Assembly: GCA_964603945.1 (NCBI GenBank) | Contig: CAZRWP010000004.1 | Location: 12,979 to 76,978 of the forward strand | Origin: an uncultured Pseudomonadales bacterium | Lineage (GTDB): Bacteria > Patescibacteriota > Microgenomatia > UBA1400 > UBA1396 | DNA: 64,000 nt | Direction of reading: 5' to 3' | Part shown: piece by piece, positions 26,514 through 35,556 of the stretch | Layout: every line of letters starts with the position of its first letter | Numbering within the stretch: the stretch's first letter is position 1 | Position numbers and translations under genes: made by a program | The notes under the pieces: model-generated | Told to the model about the DNA's origin: nothing | Seen by the model: only the letters and a program-made list of their open reading frames with translations | Database searches by the model: none

Positions 26514-28031
26514 TTGTATCTGAGAAAAAGTTCGGAATCAGAAGATCGCCAAGCCGCTTCAATTCCCGCTCAAAGATCGGAATTACAAGAATTAATTAAT
26601 AAAGAAAAATTGCATGTTGTGGCTGAATTTGAAGAGTCTCAATCTGCTCATAAAGTTGGCAGGCCTCACTTTAATCAAATGATCAATCTGATTGAATCCG
26701 GTAAAGCGAACGCTATTCTGGTCTGGCACTTAAATAGAATTGCCAGAAATGCAAAAGATGGCGGAGAAATAATTTATTTATTGGATGAACACAAATTATT
26801 AGAAATCAGAACGAAAACAAACAGACACGATGGATCAGGTGATGACAAGTTCATGCTTCAAATCGAGTTTGCCATGAGCAAAAAATATTCTGACGATTTG
26901 GGTTTAATTGTTAAGCGCGGAAACAAAGCCAAGTTTCTGGAAAGACGGCAGTGGATTGGTCTGGCTAAACCCGGATATTTAAATGTTAAAGATCCAATTA
27001 CAAATGAGAATACTATTGCGGTTGATCCAGACCGTTTTGGCCTACTACAGCAGGCCATGCAGTTGATCATTAGCGGTGAAGTATCTGTCAGTGAGGCGTA
27101 TCATAAGTTAGTGGATGACTGGGGCTATCGGACGAAACAGAGAAGAAAAACAGGCAATTCAAAACTTTATAAATCTGCTTTTTATCGAATCATTTCTGAC
27201 CCGTTCTATTATGGATTAATGGTTCGAAAAGAAGGACAAGTCATGGGTACACATGAGCCAATGCTCGAAAAGAAAGATTTTATTGCCTTACAGATGCGTA
27301 TTGGCAAGTGGAATAAAAATCAGTCTGAAATAAATTTGCCATATCGAGGTCTAATCAAATGCGGCGAATGTGGCGGGTCAATTTGTGCGCAGGAAAAGTG
27401 GCAGATTATTTGTTCTGGATGCAAGCACAAGTTTCATCGTGGCAAACGGGAACAATGTCCAAACTGTAAATTAAAAATTATGGACATGGTTAAGCCAAAA
27501 GTCTTACATTATGTTTATTATGGTTGTACTCGAAAAAAAGATCCCGACTGTTCTGAGCGCAAATTTGTAGAAATAAAAGATTTAGACCAACAAATTGAAA
27601 ATAAGCTTCTAGAGTACGCAATTCCCGAAGAATTCAAAATCTGGGCAATCAATTATCTTAATGAAGTCCATGACGATGAAGAAACCAGACAACAAATCAT
27701 CACTGAGAACATTTTGAAGCGTCTCAATGCGGTAAAAAGCCAGTTAAACCAGCTCATTAAGATAAAAATATCGGCTGAGAATGAAGATGGCGCACTGATT
27801 AGTGAAGAAGAATACTTAGAACAAAGAAAAGTCCTTCTGGAACAACGAGAAAGTCTCGAAGAACAAATTAAAGAGTCGGACAAAGTTCAAGATCAGTATA
27901 TGGAATTAACGGAAAAAACCTTTAATTTTGCTTGTTATGCCAGATACTGGTTCGAGCAGGGCGATAACGATACGAAAACACTAATATTGAAATCTTTGGG
28001 GTATAACCTGACATTAAAAGATAAAAATTGA
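26514..28031 (+). CDS. Large serine recombinase (resolvase/invertase-type N-terminal domain plus recombinase domain plus zinc ribbon plus coiled coil)
   Basis: N-terminal YLRKSSESEDRQ (catalytic Ser in a Y-x-R-x-S-S context) and LVWHLNRIARN. A Cys-rich C-terminus, CGECGGS…CSGC…CPNC. It is adjacent to a tRNA 3' end. Confidence 0.85.
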   Translation: MYLRKSSESEDRQAASIPAQRSELQELINKEKLHVVAEFEESQSAHKVGRPHFNQMINLIESGKANAILVWHLNRIARNAKDGGEIIYLLDEHKLLEIRTKTNRHDGSGDDKFMLQIEFAMSKKYSDDLGLIVKRGNKAKFLERRQWIGLAKPGYLNVKDPITNENTIAVDPDRFGLLQQAMQLIISGEVSVSEAYHKLVDDWGYRTKQRRKTGNSKLYKSAFYRIISDPFYYGLMVRKEGQVMGTHEPMLEKKDFIALQMRIGKWNKNQSEINLPYRGLIKCGECGGSICAQEKWQIICSGCKHKFHRGKREQCPNCKLKIMDMVKPKVLHYVYYGCTRKKDPDCSERKFVEIKDLDQQIENKLLEYAIPEEFKIWAINYLNEVHDDEETRQQIITENILKRLNAVKSQLNQLIKIKISAENEDGALISEEEYLEQRKVLLEQRESLEEQIKESDKVQDQYMELTEKTFNFACYARYWFEQGDNDTKTLILKSLGYNLTLKDKN

Positions 28032-28170
28032 GTTTCCTATTCCAAAACCGTTCTTTTTGGTACGGAGTGCATATGATGAGTTTTCTGCTCAAATGCCCGT
28101 GGAAGAACCTGAAAAAAGAATTGTAGAGTCAATAAAAACCGTTGATTTGAAAACTGTAAATTCTATAATG

Positions 28171-28245
28171 TCGGGATGACTGGACTCGAACCAGCGACCT
28201 CACGCACCCCATGCGTGCGCTCTAGCCAATCTGAGCTACATCCCG
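28171..28245 (-). tRNA. tRNA-Pro (anticodon GGG)
   Basis: Reverse complement CGGGATG-TA-GCTC-AGATTGGCTA-GAGC-G-CACGC-ATGGGGT-GCGTG-AGGTC-GCTGG-TTCGAGT-CCAGT-CATCCCG-A. The cloverleaf is complete, GTTCGAGTC forms the T-arm, and position 37 is G. No CCA is encoded. Confidence 0.85.
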
Positions 28246-28396
28246 GAGCAATACTAATTATAACCTGTTAAGGACATATCTCATGTCACAACTTTAAAAT
28301 ATTATTTACTGATTCGCTTTTGATAAATTTTGAAATGTTTCTTACAACTCAGTAGTTAGTATTTCAGGCCACCTATTGTGCCTCAGCTTACACCAG

Positions 28397-28690
28397 TTAT
28401 CTATTTAATTTTTTTTCCCAATTCTTAGGGCTCAATTCTATTATCTTAACTCCGTCCCAGACAAGATTAAGTTTCCCAGCTGGTCTATTTACATATCCGA
28501 TCGTTGTTCCAACTTCAACTTCAGTCAACTCAAAAAAATTATGATATATTTTATAGTCGTGAGGATACTTTATGCCTCTAAACTCAATTCTTTTAGTTGC
28601 TTCGGCGCCACTTTCTTGAGGAAGAAAAGCATCTCGCCTTCGCTTAGCTGCATTACTTCCAATCTCCATATCTCTCCTAAATTGCTTCAA
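28397..28690 (-). CDS. Hypothetical protein
   Basis: 97-aa ORF in an AT-rich region right of the tRNA-Pro. Confidence 0.35.
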   Translation of the reverse strand: MKQFRRDMEIGSNAAKRRRDAFLPQESGAEATKRIEFRGIKYPHDYKIYHNFFELTEVEVGTTIGYVNRPAGKLNLVWDGVKIIELSPKNWEKKLNR

Positions 28691-28732
28691 TTATTTGTTA
28701 TTTGGCTCTTATTATAGGACACCAGGTTATTT

Positions 28733-29140
28733 CTACCTAATTTGACTGGCCTGAGATTCAAGAGGTGCTAGTGTTTGATCAGAATTCTCTGAACTCTCCT
28801 TCTTTAATTTTTCTTTGATAATTTCAAACAAATGCGGCAATGTTTCAGGCTTGCGTAAAGTTTCTTTGAGTTTGTAGGGGCGATCTGAAAAGGGATCAAC
28901 AACTTTATCTAGACACGATCTAATTACTTCAGCTATGGCAACATATATGAACACATCAGGATCACTTTCATCAGGATCGCGATCATAATAACTTTCAGTA
29001 GCCAATTCATATTGCTCCCAGGTTGGGATAAATGAGAATTTTTTTTCGTTAGCCAAAGCGATTATCTTGTTGGCAATATCTGTAATTAATGCTTCTTCTT
29101 TTTCACTCAATCCGTTGGGTCGTCTTTCTACTTCACTCAT
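28733..29140 (-). CDS. Hypothetical acidic protein
   Basis: 135-aa ORF with an 8-nt overlap with the downstream VanZ-like gene. Confidence 0.4.
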   Translation of the reverse strand: MSEVERRPNGLSEKEEALITDIANKIIALANEKKFSFIPTWEQYELATESYYDRDPDESDPDVFIYVAIAEVIRSCLDKVVDPFSDRPYKLKETLRKPETLPHLFEIIKEKLKKESSENSDQTLAPLESQASQIR

Positions 29141-29558
29141 ATCTACCCCCTGCTTTAACTTTTGCTTGCAGAATCAAGCATAACGCTGATCCCGACCCTA
29201 TCATATCAATTCCCACGTCAATTAGGGAAGATGTTCTTCCAGGCACAAATGACTGATGAAATTCATCTAACCAGGCTAAAATTAACACTAAACCCAAGAC
29301 GGACCAAAATACCGCTGACTTTTTTAACTGAGGCCAGTTAATTCGCCATGCCCGATAGATTAGGCCAGATAACAAACCATAAACGATTAGGTGAGCAGAT
29401 TTAAACCAAATTACACTGAGCCAGTCTTCTTGCGGCCCTGGTAATTTTGGCTGATCGGATAGCCAAAATATTAAACTGTAAAGTAAAATTACGGGCAAGA
29501 AGGATTTAAAAATTCTCCAGCCCGCTGATTCGGATATTCTATTTCCTACCAAATACAT
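29133..29558 (-). CDS. VanZ-like family membrane protein
   Basis: Four transmembrane helices and WLDEFHQSFVPGRTSSLIDVGIDMIG, a VanZ signature. Confidence 0.6.
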   Translation of the reverse strand: MYLVGNRISESAGWRIFKSFLPVILLYSLIFWLSDQPKLPGPQEDWLSVIWFKSAHLIVYGLLSGLIYRAWRINWPQLKKSAVFWSVLGLVLILAWLDEFHQSFVPGRTSSLIDVGIDMIGSGSALCLILQAKVKAGGRYE

Positions 29559-30458
29559 CTCCGGTCATTGTACCAACGCCAAAGCCGAGGCACACTGACC
29601 AGTTCAAAGCAAAAACCAGACATCATTAACAAATATGATCCGCCCAGAGCTTGCCTTTGCCACTGTCTAAACAATGTTTGCTGAGTTTGAGCGTCTAAGC
29701 CTGGATATTCCGGTAGCTTAGCTGAGGAGCTAGTCACAAGTTGAGCTGAAAATGTAGCCATTGGCGATTGCAGTTTGGGCAATTGAAGTTGGCTTTGATA
29801 TGGAAATTTTGAGGCAGTTTTCTGAATTGATGAGTCAAGACCTGATGAATTTTTGCCCGGCTCATCTGACTGACTACCCTGAGATGGAGGCGTTGGTGTG
29901 GGTGAGCTACTTGGTTTGGGCGAAACCAGTGGACTACTCTTGGGCGTAGGAGTTGTTTGAGTCTGTGCTTGGTCTGCCTCAATTTCCCAATCACCATCCA
30001 GTAATCTAGTTGAAAAATCTTCCCAAGATATGGCTTGCCAAGTATCTTTTAAACGAGTCCAAATATGACCCTCAGTAATATTCTGATGTGGCTCACTAGA
30101 GTCAATTAAAGTGTCATCAAGTCTTAGCTCAACCCAATCTAAATCATTATTTAAGCTTATTTTTGAATCCGCTCGATGAATATAGCGTGCCTGGGTCAAT
30201 ACCAGAATCCCAACAAAAGGATTTGGTCGCACCAGCACCATCGGATACACACAATTGACCAGACACCGTAGCTGTAGACGTATTTTCCAGCAAAATCCAC
30301 TCAGTAGTCTCGTCTTCTATCGGATCTGGTAAAAGCGCCCTGATTATTAGCTCATCAGCGCTTACAACTGCTGGCTTAATCAGAATAATACTCAAAAATA
30401 TCTGCCAAATGACAAATTTCCAGTTGATCTGCTTGACCATCAGCTCACTGCAACACAA
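29546..30458 (-). pseudogene. Secreted lamin-tail-domain (LTD)-like protein split into two overlapping frames (30147-30458 and 29546-30250): a probable frameshift
   Basis: The upstream ORF has a signal peptide plus TTEWILLEN…G (LTD-like EW[IV]EL.N). It stops at 30147, while a second frame continues from 30250 with an S/T/P-rich linker. The frames overlap by about 100 nt. Confidence 0.4.
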
Positions 30459-30560
30459 AAAAATAACAATTTATGGTCACTTAGGTTAATAAATTAAATT
30501 CATTAATTATTAAAACTGCTGATCCTAAAAATATTAAAACAACTAATCCTAGTCAAAATC

Positions 30561-31796
30561 CTACTGAACATGCAAATAGAAAGAAACCACGCCATCGCCA
30601 TGATCAATGTAGCGGATATTGATGGTGCTAGAACTGCCACAAGCTTGAGAAGATGAATATAATTCGCCATCAGCTGGAGCACTGATAACAGATGAACCTG
30701 AAGTCAAATCTAGCCCGGTATGAATTCCGCCCGAATAGTTATATCTCCAGGAGTAAGGAGTCTTTCCATAATGCTGAGTCAGCCTGATTGGATCTTTAAT
30801 CGGCCAATCCCAGTCACCAGACCCTAAGGAAATATTTTCACCTTTATCTGCATCCAAAACACTGCGGGGCTTCAAGTAAGCGGTTGGATCAACCCATTTG
30901 TTATTTTTTCTGATTTCAAAATGTAAATGGGCGCCAGTGGAACAACCTGGGTAGCCAGAATTACCAATCAAAGCGATTGGCTCACCCTTTTTAACCGGAC
31001 CTACCTTTCTACCAGATATGATAGCTTGTTCAATTGCCCGATACTCAGCCAAGGCCTGATTCAACAGTTTTTGATATTCTCTTTCACTATTTTTAGTTTG
31101 ATCTAAAAGAACCTGTTTTTCTTGGCGCTGACCAGCTAAATCATTATGTTGAATCTGTAATCTATCGCGCAGAACCTGAACTTCTTGCTGTTTCTCTTCT
31201 TTAGTCTGTTTCTGCTCGTCATACACCTGGCGTTTATACTCAGTCGCCAACATGATATCTTCGGTGTGAGCCCGAGCCTGACTAATATACCGCTGTTCCC
31301 TAATCAACCCGGATAAACCGCTAGTGACAAATAATTTGGTTAGAGGGTCTTGTTTGGCCTGTTTGTATTGGTGCTGAATGCGCTCAACCAAAAGGCTGGA
31401 AAGTTCACCCAGTGACATCTCCAAGCCTTCTATTCGGCCAGATAAATCATCTATCTGCCGCTCTAAAATGGCAATTTCCCGCTCGGTTTTTTCGATTTCC
31501 TTTTCATTGAGCAAAATCCTGTTATTAAGAACGCTGATAGTACTAGCAAGTGTTCGCTGTTCCTGTTTATTTTCATTAATTTTTGATCGTAGCTCTTCAA
31601 TAGTTTTCTGAAGATCATCAATCTCATCTAGTTTGTCGTCAGTTTTGCTGTCCTCCTCTTTGTCCTTATCTGATTCATCAGCTTGCTCAACCGATGACGT
31701 ACTTTCCTCAGCTAAAACCGGATAAGCAGTCAAACAAAAAGCTCCCAAGGTAAATGAGGCAACCAGAACAGCCAGCCAAGTCAAAAATTTATTCAT
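30561..31796 (-). CDS. M23-family peptidoglycan hydrolase with N-terminal coiled coil (EnvC/PcsB-like, FtsEX partner)
   Basis: Signal peptide, long coiled coil, and a C-terminal M23 domain with HLHFEI and HxH-type zinc ligands. It is directly downstream of ftsEX. Confidence 0.8.
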   Translation of the reverse strand: MNKFLTWLAVLVASFTLGAFCLTAYPVLAEESTSSVEQADESDKDKEEDSKTDDKLDEIDDLQKTIEELRSKINENKQEQRTLASTISVLNNRILLNEKEIEKTEREIAILERQIDDLSGRIEGLEMSLGELSSLLVERIQHQYKQAKQDPLTKLFVTSGLSGLIREQRYISQARAHTEDIMLATEYKRQVYDEQKQTKEEKQQEVQVLRDRLQIQHNDLAGQRQEKQVLLDQTKNSEREYQKLLNQALAEYRAIEQAIISGRKVGPVKKGEPIALIGNSGYPGCSTGAHLHFEIRKNNKWVDPTAYLKPRSVLDADKGENISLGSGDWDWPIKDPIRLTQHYGKTPYSWRYNYSGGIHTGLDLTSGSSVISAPADGELYSSSQACGSSSTINIRYIDHGDGVVSFYLHVQ

Positions 31797-31805
31797 CGTT
31801 ATTAT

Positions 31806-32675
31806 TTAAACACGAAACAGGCGACGTGTACTAATCAGGCCAGCAAACAAGCCTAGTAACATGGCTAGAGTCACGCCTGCTCCTAACAGAGCCAGCATAT
31901 AAATCGGATCTACTGGTAATAGCTTAATTTCTCCTAAGAAGCCTTGAATTGTCGGAGTGCTATACATGAGTAGTACATATACCAAACCCCAGGAAAGACT
32001 AGCTCCAACCAAGCCATATAACATTCCTTCCACTAAAAATGGCCGCATAATGTACCACTTGGTTGCACCAACTAATCTCATCACTCTGGTCTCATATTTT
32101 TTACTGGCGATTCTCATACTAGTGATGAGAATGACTACTAAAAGCGAGGTGATAACAAATACGCTTAAGACAGCGATCCCCACTTGGCGAATGGTATCGG
32201 TCCAATAGCGCAAGCTGTCCACCACATCCTGCTGATATACAACTTCATCAATGCCCTGCATTGAGCGCATGGTTTCAGCCACTTTAGCCAGGTCATTAAT
32301 CGAGGCAGTTGAAACTTCTAGAGATGGCGGCAAAATATCAGCCGTAACCAGCTCCTGTAGAGTAGGATCATTAATTGTTTGTGAACGATATATTTCCAAG
32401 GCATCTTCCTGAGTTACTAAGTCTACACTCTCCACATACTCGATTTGTTGAAGCGCAGTCTGATGTGCCTGAAGTTGCTCCAGCGTTGTATCTTGATTGA
32501 AGAAGCCAGTAACCTGTGGTCGAGATTCAAAATACTGCAGAATTTTGGCCGATCCAAACAAAAGTAAAATTAAACTGTACCCAATAAAGAAGGTCAAAAA
32601 CAACACCAGTGAGGCTGATAAAGCCTGATATGGTGAGCGCCTAATACTTTTAACGGCTTGTTTAATCGCGCGCAT
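31806..32675 (-). CDS. ftsX: Cell division permease FtsX
   Basis: Four transmembrane helices plus a periplasmic loop, after ftsE. The start was trimmed to MRAIKQAVKS; the longer ORF N-terminus is low-complexity read-through of the ftsE tail region. Confidence 0.8.
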   Translation of the reverse strand: MRAIKQAVKSIRRSPYQALSASLVLFLTFFIGYSLILLLFGSAKILQYFESRPQVTGFFNQDTTLEQLQAHQTALQQIEYVESVDLVTQEDALEIYRSQTINDPTLQELVTADILPPSLEVSTASINDLAKVAETMRSMQGIDEVVYQQDVVDSLRYWTDTIRQVGIAVLSVFVITSLLVVILITSMRIASKKYETRVMRLVGATKWYIMRPFLVEGMLYGLVGASLSWGLVYVLLMYSTPTIQGFLGEIKLLPVDPIYMLALLGAGVTLAMLLGLFAGLISTRRLFRV

Positions 32676-33495
32676 TTTTCTCCTGTTTAGGTGATTCTGA
32701 TTCTTCTTTGTTTTCTGTGTCTGATTTGTCTTCTTTATCTGATTGGGATTTATCGGATTTGGCAGGTTTGGTCGATTTATTCTCTTTTTCCTTATCAATG
32801 TTCTCAGCTGACTTATCCTTTTCCTGACCCTTGTTTTGGCTATCTTTAACTAATATTCCCTGATGAAGTTCTATAAATCGCGCCGGAAAATCATGAATTA
32901 CGTCATGATCATGCGTGGCTACCAGCACCGTCGTGCCAAAATCTTGAATCTTTTTTAATAAGCTCATGATGCCATGAGCTGTCTCGGCGTCCAGATTGCC
33001 CGTTGGTTCGTCAGCAAATAATAATTCTGGAGCAGTGACTAATGACCTGGCGATGGCCGCCCGCTGTAATTCACCACCAGAAAGCTGAACGGGAAACAAT
33101 AAACCTTTATCTGATAGGCCAACTAAATCCAATACATCTGCTACGCGCTGGCGGATTTGTTTAAGAGGCGTACCCATTATTTCCAAGATCAAGGCGGCAT
33201 TTTCAAAAATCGTTCGATCCGGAATTAACTGATAATCTTGAAAAACTACGCCAATGCGGCGGCGGTGATAAGGAACGTTTTTACGAGGTAAATGGAGAAT
33301 GTTTTGCTCACCTAAAAATATTTCTCCTGCCGTAGGTTCGAACTCGCGGATTAGCAAACGCATTAAAGTTGTTTTGCCAGCTCCTGATTCACCGGTGATG
33401 TACAACAGCTCACCTGGCTCAACCTCAAAGGAAACATTTTCCAGTCCGATATAACCGTTAGGAAATACTTTGGTGACTTCTATAAAACGTACCAT
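32662..33495 (-). CDS. ftsE: Cell division ATP-binding protein FtsE with a K/D/E/S-rich C-terminal tail
   Basis: Walker A GESGAGKTTL, signature LSGGELQR and Walker [13 protein letters not shown]. There is a roughly 60-aa low-complexity C-terminal extension. Confidence 0.9.
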   Translation of the reverse strand: MVRFIEVTKVFPNGYIGLENVSFEVEPGELLYITGESGAGKTTLMRLLIREFEPTAGEIFLGEQNILHLPRKNVPYHRRRIGVVFQDYQLIPDRTIFENAALILEIMGTPLKQIRQRVADVLDLVGLSDKGLLFPVQLSGGELQRAAIARSLVTAPELLFADEPTGNLDAETAHGIMSLLKKIQDFGTTVLVATHDHDVIHDFPARFIELHQGILVKDSQNKGQEKDKSAENIDKEKENKSTKPAKSDKSQSDKEDKSDTENKEESESPKQEKNARD

Positions 33496-33522
33496 AGTTC
33501 GTTATGGGCAGCCGAACCTGAT

Positions 33523-34161
33523 CTACTCTCCTAGCTCGGTAAACCAGTCAGGTCTGGTTCCTTTAGTGTTTAAAACTTCCACTCGGCCAACATCCATTAA
33601 CCAGCCGGCCTTTTGACCTTTAAAGGTTTCTCCCCAGATACGGATCTCCATATCATTAAATTCATCTAAATCTACGACTGAGGAAGTCAAATACACATTT
33701 TGTGATTCACCACCTAGTCTTAGCAGAGTATGAGAACCTTCACCTTCCAAGCCGCCTTTGATCAGCACGCCTTCGGTTTGATCTGCAAAGGTCTCCGCGT
33801 CTGGTACCCCAAACACAGTACCTTTTTGAATTTGGTTTTCGGTTATTTCCTGAGTGGTTTCTACATTAACCGGCTGAGTATTGCCTGGGAAAATGTAGGC
33901 GCCGGTCAGGCCGGTGGCCAGGCCGGCCACCACTACACCGGCAAAAATACCAGCTAATTTTTTGGGGAATTTCTTAGTCATAGGTTTCTTATCTCCGTTA
34001 TCAGACTTATTTTGCTCATCCCAGCGATGGATGACCGGACGGTTGACCGCTGGTGGCGGCGACACATTAGGACGCGGATTAGCGGCCACCGGGCGCACAG
34101 GCGTAATGGCCGGATTATTTTTCACTGGTTCAGAAGCTGTAAAATCTGACTTAAAAGACAT
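33523..34161 (-). CDS. Hypothetical membrane-anchored protein (P-rich N-terminus, one transmembrane helix)
   Basis: 212-aa ORF, upstream in the ftsEX operon direction. Confidence 0.4.
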   Translation of the reverse strand: MSFKSDFTASEPVKNNPAITPVRPVAANPRPNVSPPPAVNRPVIHRWDEQNKSDNGDKKPMTKKFPKKLAGIFAGVVVAGLATGLTGAYIFPGNTQPVNVETTQEITENQIQKGTVFGVPDAETFADQTEGVLIKGGLEGEGSHTLLRLGGESQNVYLTSSVVDLDEFNDMEIRIWGETFKGQKAGWLMDVGRVEVLNTKGTRPDWFTELGE

Positions 34162-34202
34162 AGTTTGGCTTTCGTTTTCTCACTATAGCAGTTTCACCTG
34201 AG

Positions 34203-35300
34203 CTACAAAAGTGCTACTTCGGCAAAAATGAAGTCGTCAAGATCACCATCTAAAACTGCTTCCGTGTTGCCAGTCTCAACTTCGGTGCGCGTATCCTTGA
34301 CCAGATGATAGGGATGTAAAACATAATTGCGGATCTGGTTGCCCCAGCTGGCGTGCTTATTCACGCCTTTAACATCAGCAATCTCATTTAAGCGCTCCTG
34401 CTCACGCTGATCGGCAAGCTGAGATTTCAAAAGCTGCAAAGCAATCTTTTTATTTTGGACTTGCTGACGCTCCTGGCGGGATTCCACCACAATGCCAGTT
34501 GGTTTATGAACCAAGCGGACAGCCGAAGCCACCTTGTTTACATTTTGACCACCGTGGCCGCCGGCGCGCGTAAAGGCCCACTCCAGCTCATCTGGATTAA
34601 TCTCAATTGTTTCATCATCCTCGGGGAGCCAGGGCAGAACCTCTACCTTGGCAAATGAAGTCTGTCTAAGTGCATCGGCGTTAAAAGGGCTCTGGCGCAC
34701 CAGGCGGTGCGCGCCGGCTTCTCCCTTTAAATACCCATAAGCATATGGCGCTTTAACTAAATAATTGACCGATTTAATGCCTGCTTCTTCACCGCGACTT
34801 TCATCTAGCAACTCATATTTCCAATCATGACGCTCAAAATAGCGCTCATACATACGCATAAGTATGCTTGCCCAATCCATCGCTTCCGTGCCGCCTTGGC
34901 CGGCGTGAATTGATAAAAGTGCGTCTTTGTCGTCATATGGACCGGATAAATAAGTTTGCAATTCAACTTGCCGAGCTAATTTCTCCATTTGCTTGAGCTC
35001 CTGCTGAAGCTCGGTTTCTAGCGCTTTATCTTCACCCATGGCCAGTAATTCAAAATTGGCTTCAATGTTCTGAATATAGGTCCGAAGTTGGTCTAAACGG
35101 CTTAGTTCTGATTCAAGTTGTGAGATTAATTGTGTAACACTCCGCGCTTTTTCTTGGTTTTCCCAAAAATCAGGCGCTAGTGTTTGCGACCGCAACTCTG
35201 TAAGTTTTTGCTGTTTGGCTGACTCATCAATTGTCGTCAGTAAATCGGCAACTTTTTGACTGGTGACCTGCCATTGATCTTGAACGGCTTTTGTAATCAT
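34203..35300 (-). CDS. prfB: Peptide chain release factor 2
   Basis: SPF tripeptide (RQSPFNA), GGQ (GGHGGQNVNKV), 365 aa. It is encoded as a single uninterrupted ORF, with no +1 frameshift site. Confidence 0.9.
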   Translation of the reverse strand: MITKAVQDQWQVTSQKVADLLTTIDESAKQQKLTELRSQTLAPDFWENQEKARSVTQLISQLESELSRLDQLRTYIQNIEANFELLAMGEDKALETELQQELKQMEKLARQVELQTYLSGPYDDKDALLSIHAGQGGTEAMDWASILMRMYERYFERHDWKYELLDESRGEEAGIKSVNYLVKAPYAYGYLKGEAGAHRLVRQSPFNADALRQTSFAKVEVLPWLPEDDETIEINPDELEWAFTRAGGHGGQNVNKVASAVRLVHKPTGIVVESRQERQQVQNKKIALQLLKSQLADQREQERLNEIADVKGVNKHASWGNQIRNYVLHPYHLVKDTRTEVETGNTEAVLDGDLDDFIFAEVALL

Positions 35301-35329
35301 CTCGAGTGACAGTATAACAGGAATTGAAG

Positions 35330-35418
35330 AGAAGGATCATCCTTGCCCCTCCTCTTGTCTGGAAGGATCATCCTAAGATGATCCTTCTTGAGGAAACTAA
35401 AGGCAAGGATGATCCTTC
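35330..35418. repeat. Nested-palindrome intergenic repeat, copy 3 (centre CCTAAG, 1 mismatch)
   Basis: gaaggatcatccttgcccctcctcttgtctggaaggatcatcctaagatgatccttcttgaggaaactaaaggcaaggatgatcctt. It lies 30 bp upstream of the prfB start and downstream of the ABC exporter gene. Confidence 0.8.
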
Positions 35419-35556
35419 TCTTTCTATGTTAGATATTAGCTTTCTTAGCTAGTTTTGGCAAAATCTCAACTTCATTCAAAATGTCCAATGAGCTTTTGTC
35501 CTCAACTGGTCAAAAGTTATAAATTGACTGATCTCAATCAAGCAAGCTATCTTCAA

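Larger units (their letters stand above)
17607..28186. mobile_element. Putative integrative genomic island (about 10.6 kb) inserted at tRNA-Pro(GGG): serine recombinase plus a Type IIG restriction-modification protein plus accessory genes
   Basis: A large serine recombinase lies directly next to the tRNA 3' end. A 12-bp direct repeat of the tRNA 3' end lies 10.6 kb to the left. The interior is markedly more AT-rich than the flanking core genes. The cargo is defence-related. Confidence 0.5.

Noticed and set aside
32662-32798. FtsE-FtsX fusion protein
   Set aside because: The overlap is in different frames. FtsX most likely starts at the internal Met (MRAIKQ), and the long N-terminal extension of the ftsX ORF is low-complexity read-through.
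34203-35300. Programmed +1 frameshift in prfB
   Set aside because: The whole RF2 (SPF and GGQ motifs, 365 aa) is in one continuous frame, so no frameshift site is needed.
5899-35418. The three copies of the structured repeat as a possible CRISPR array
   Set aside because: The copies are 9-21 kb apart, not in tandem, and each is an internally nested palindrome of about 90 bp. There are no cas genes and no spacers.
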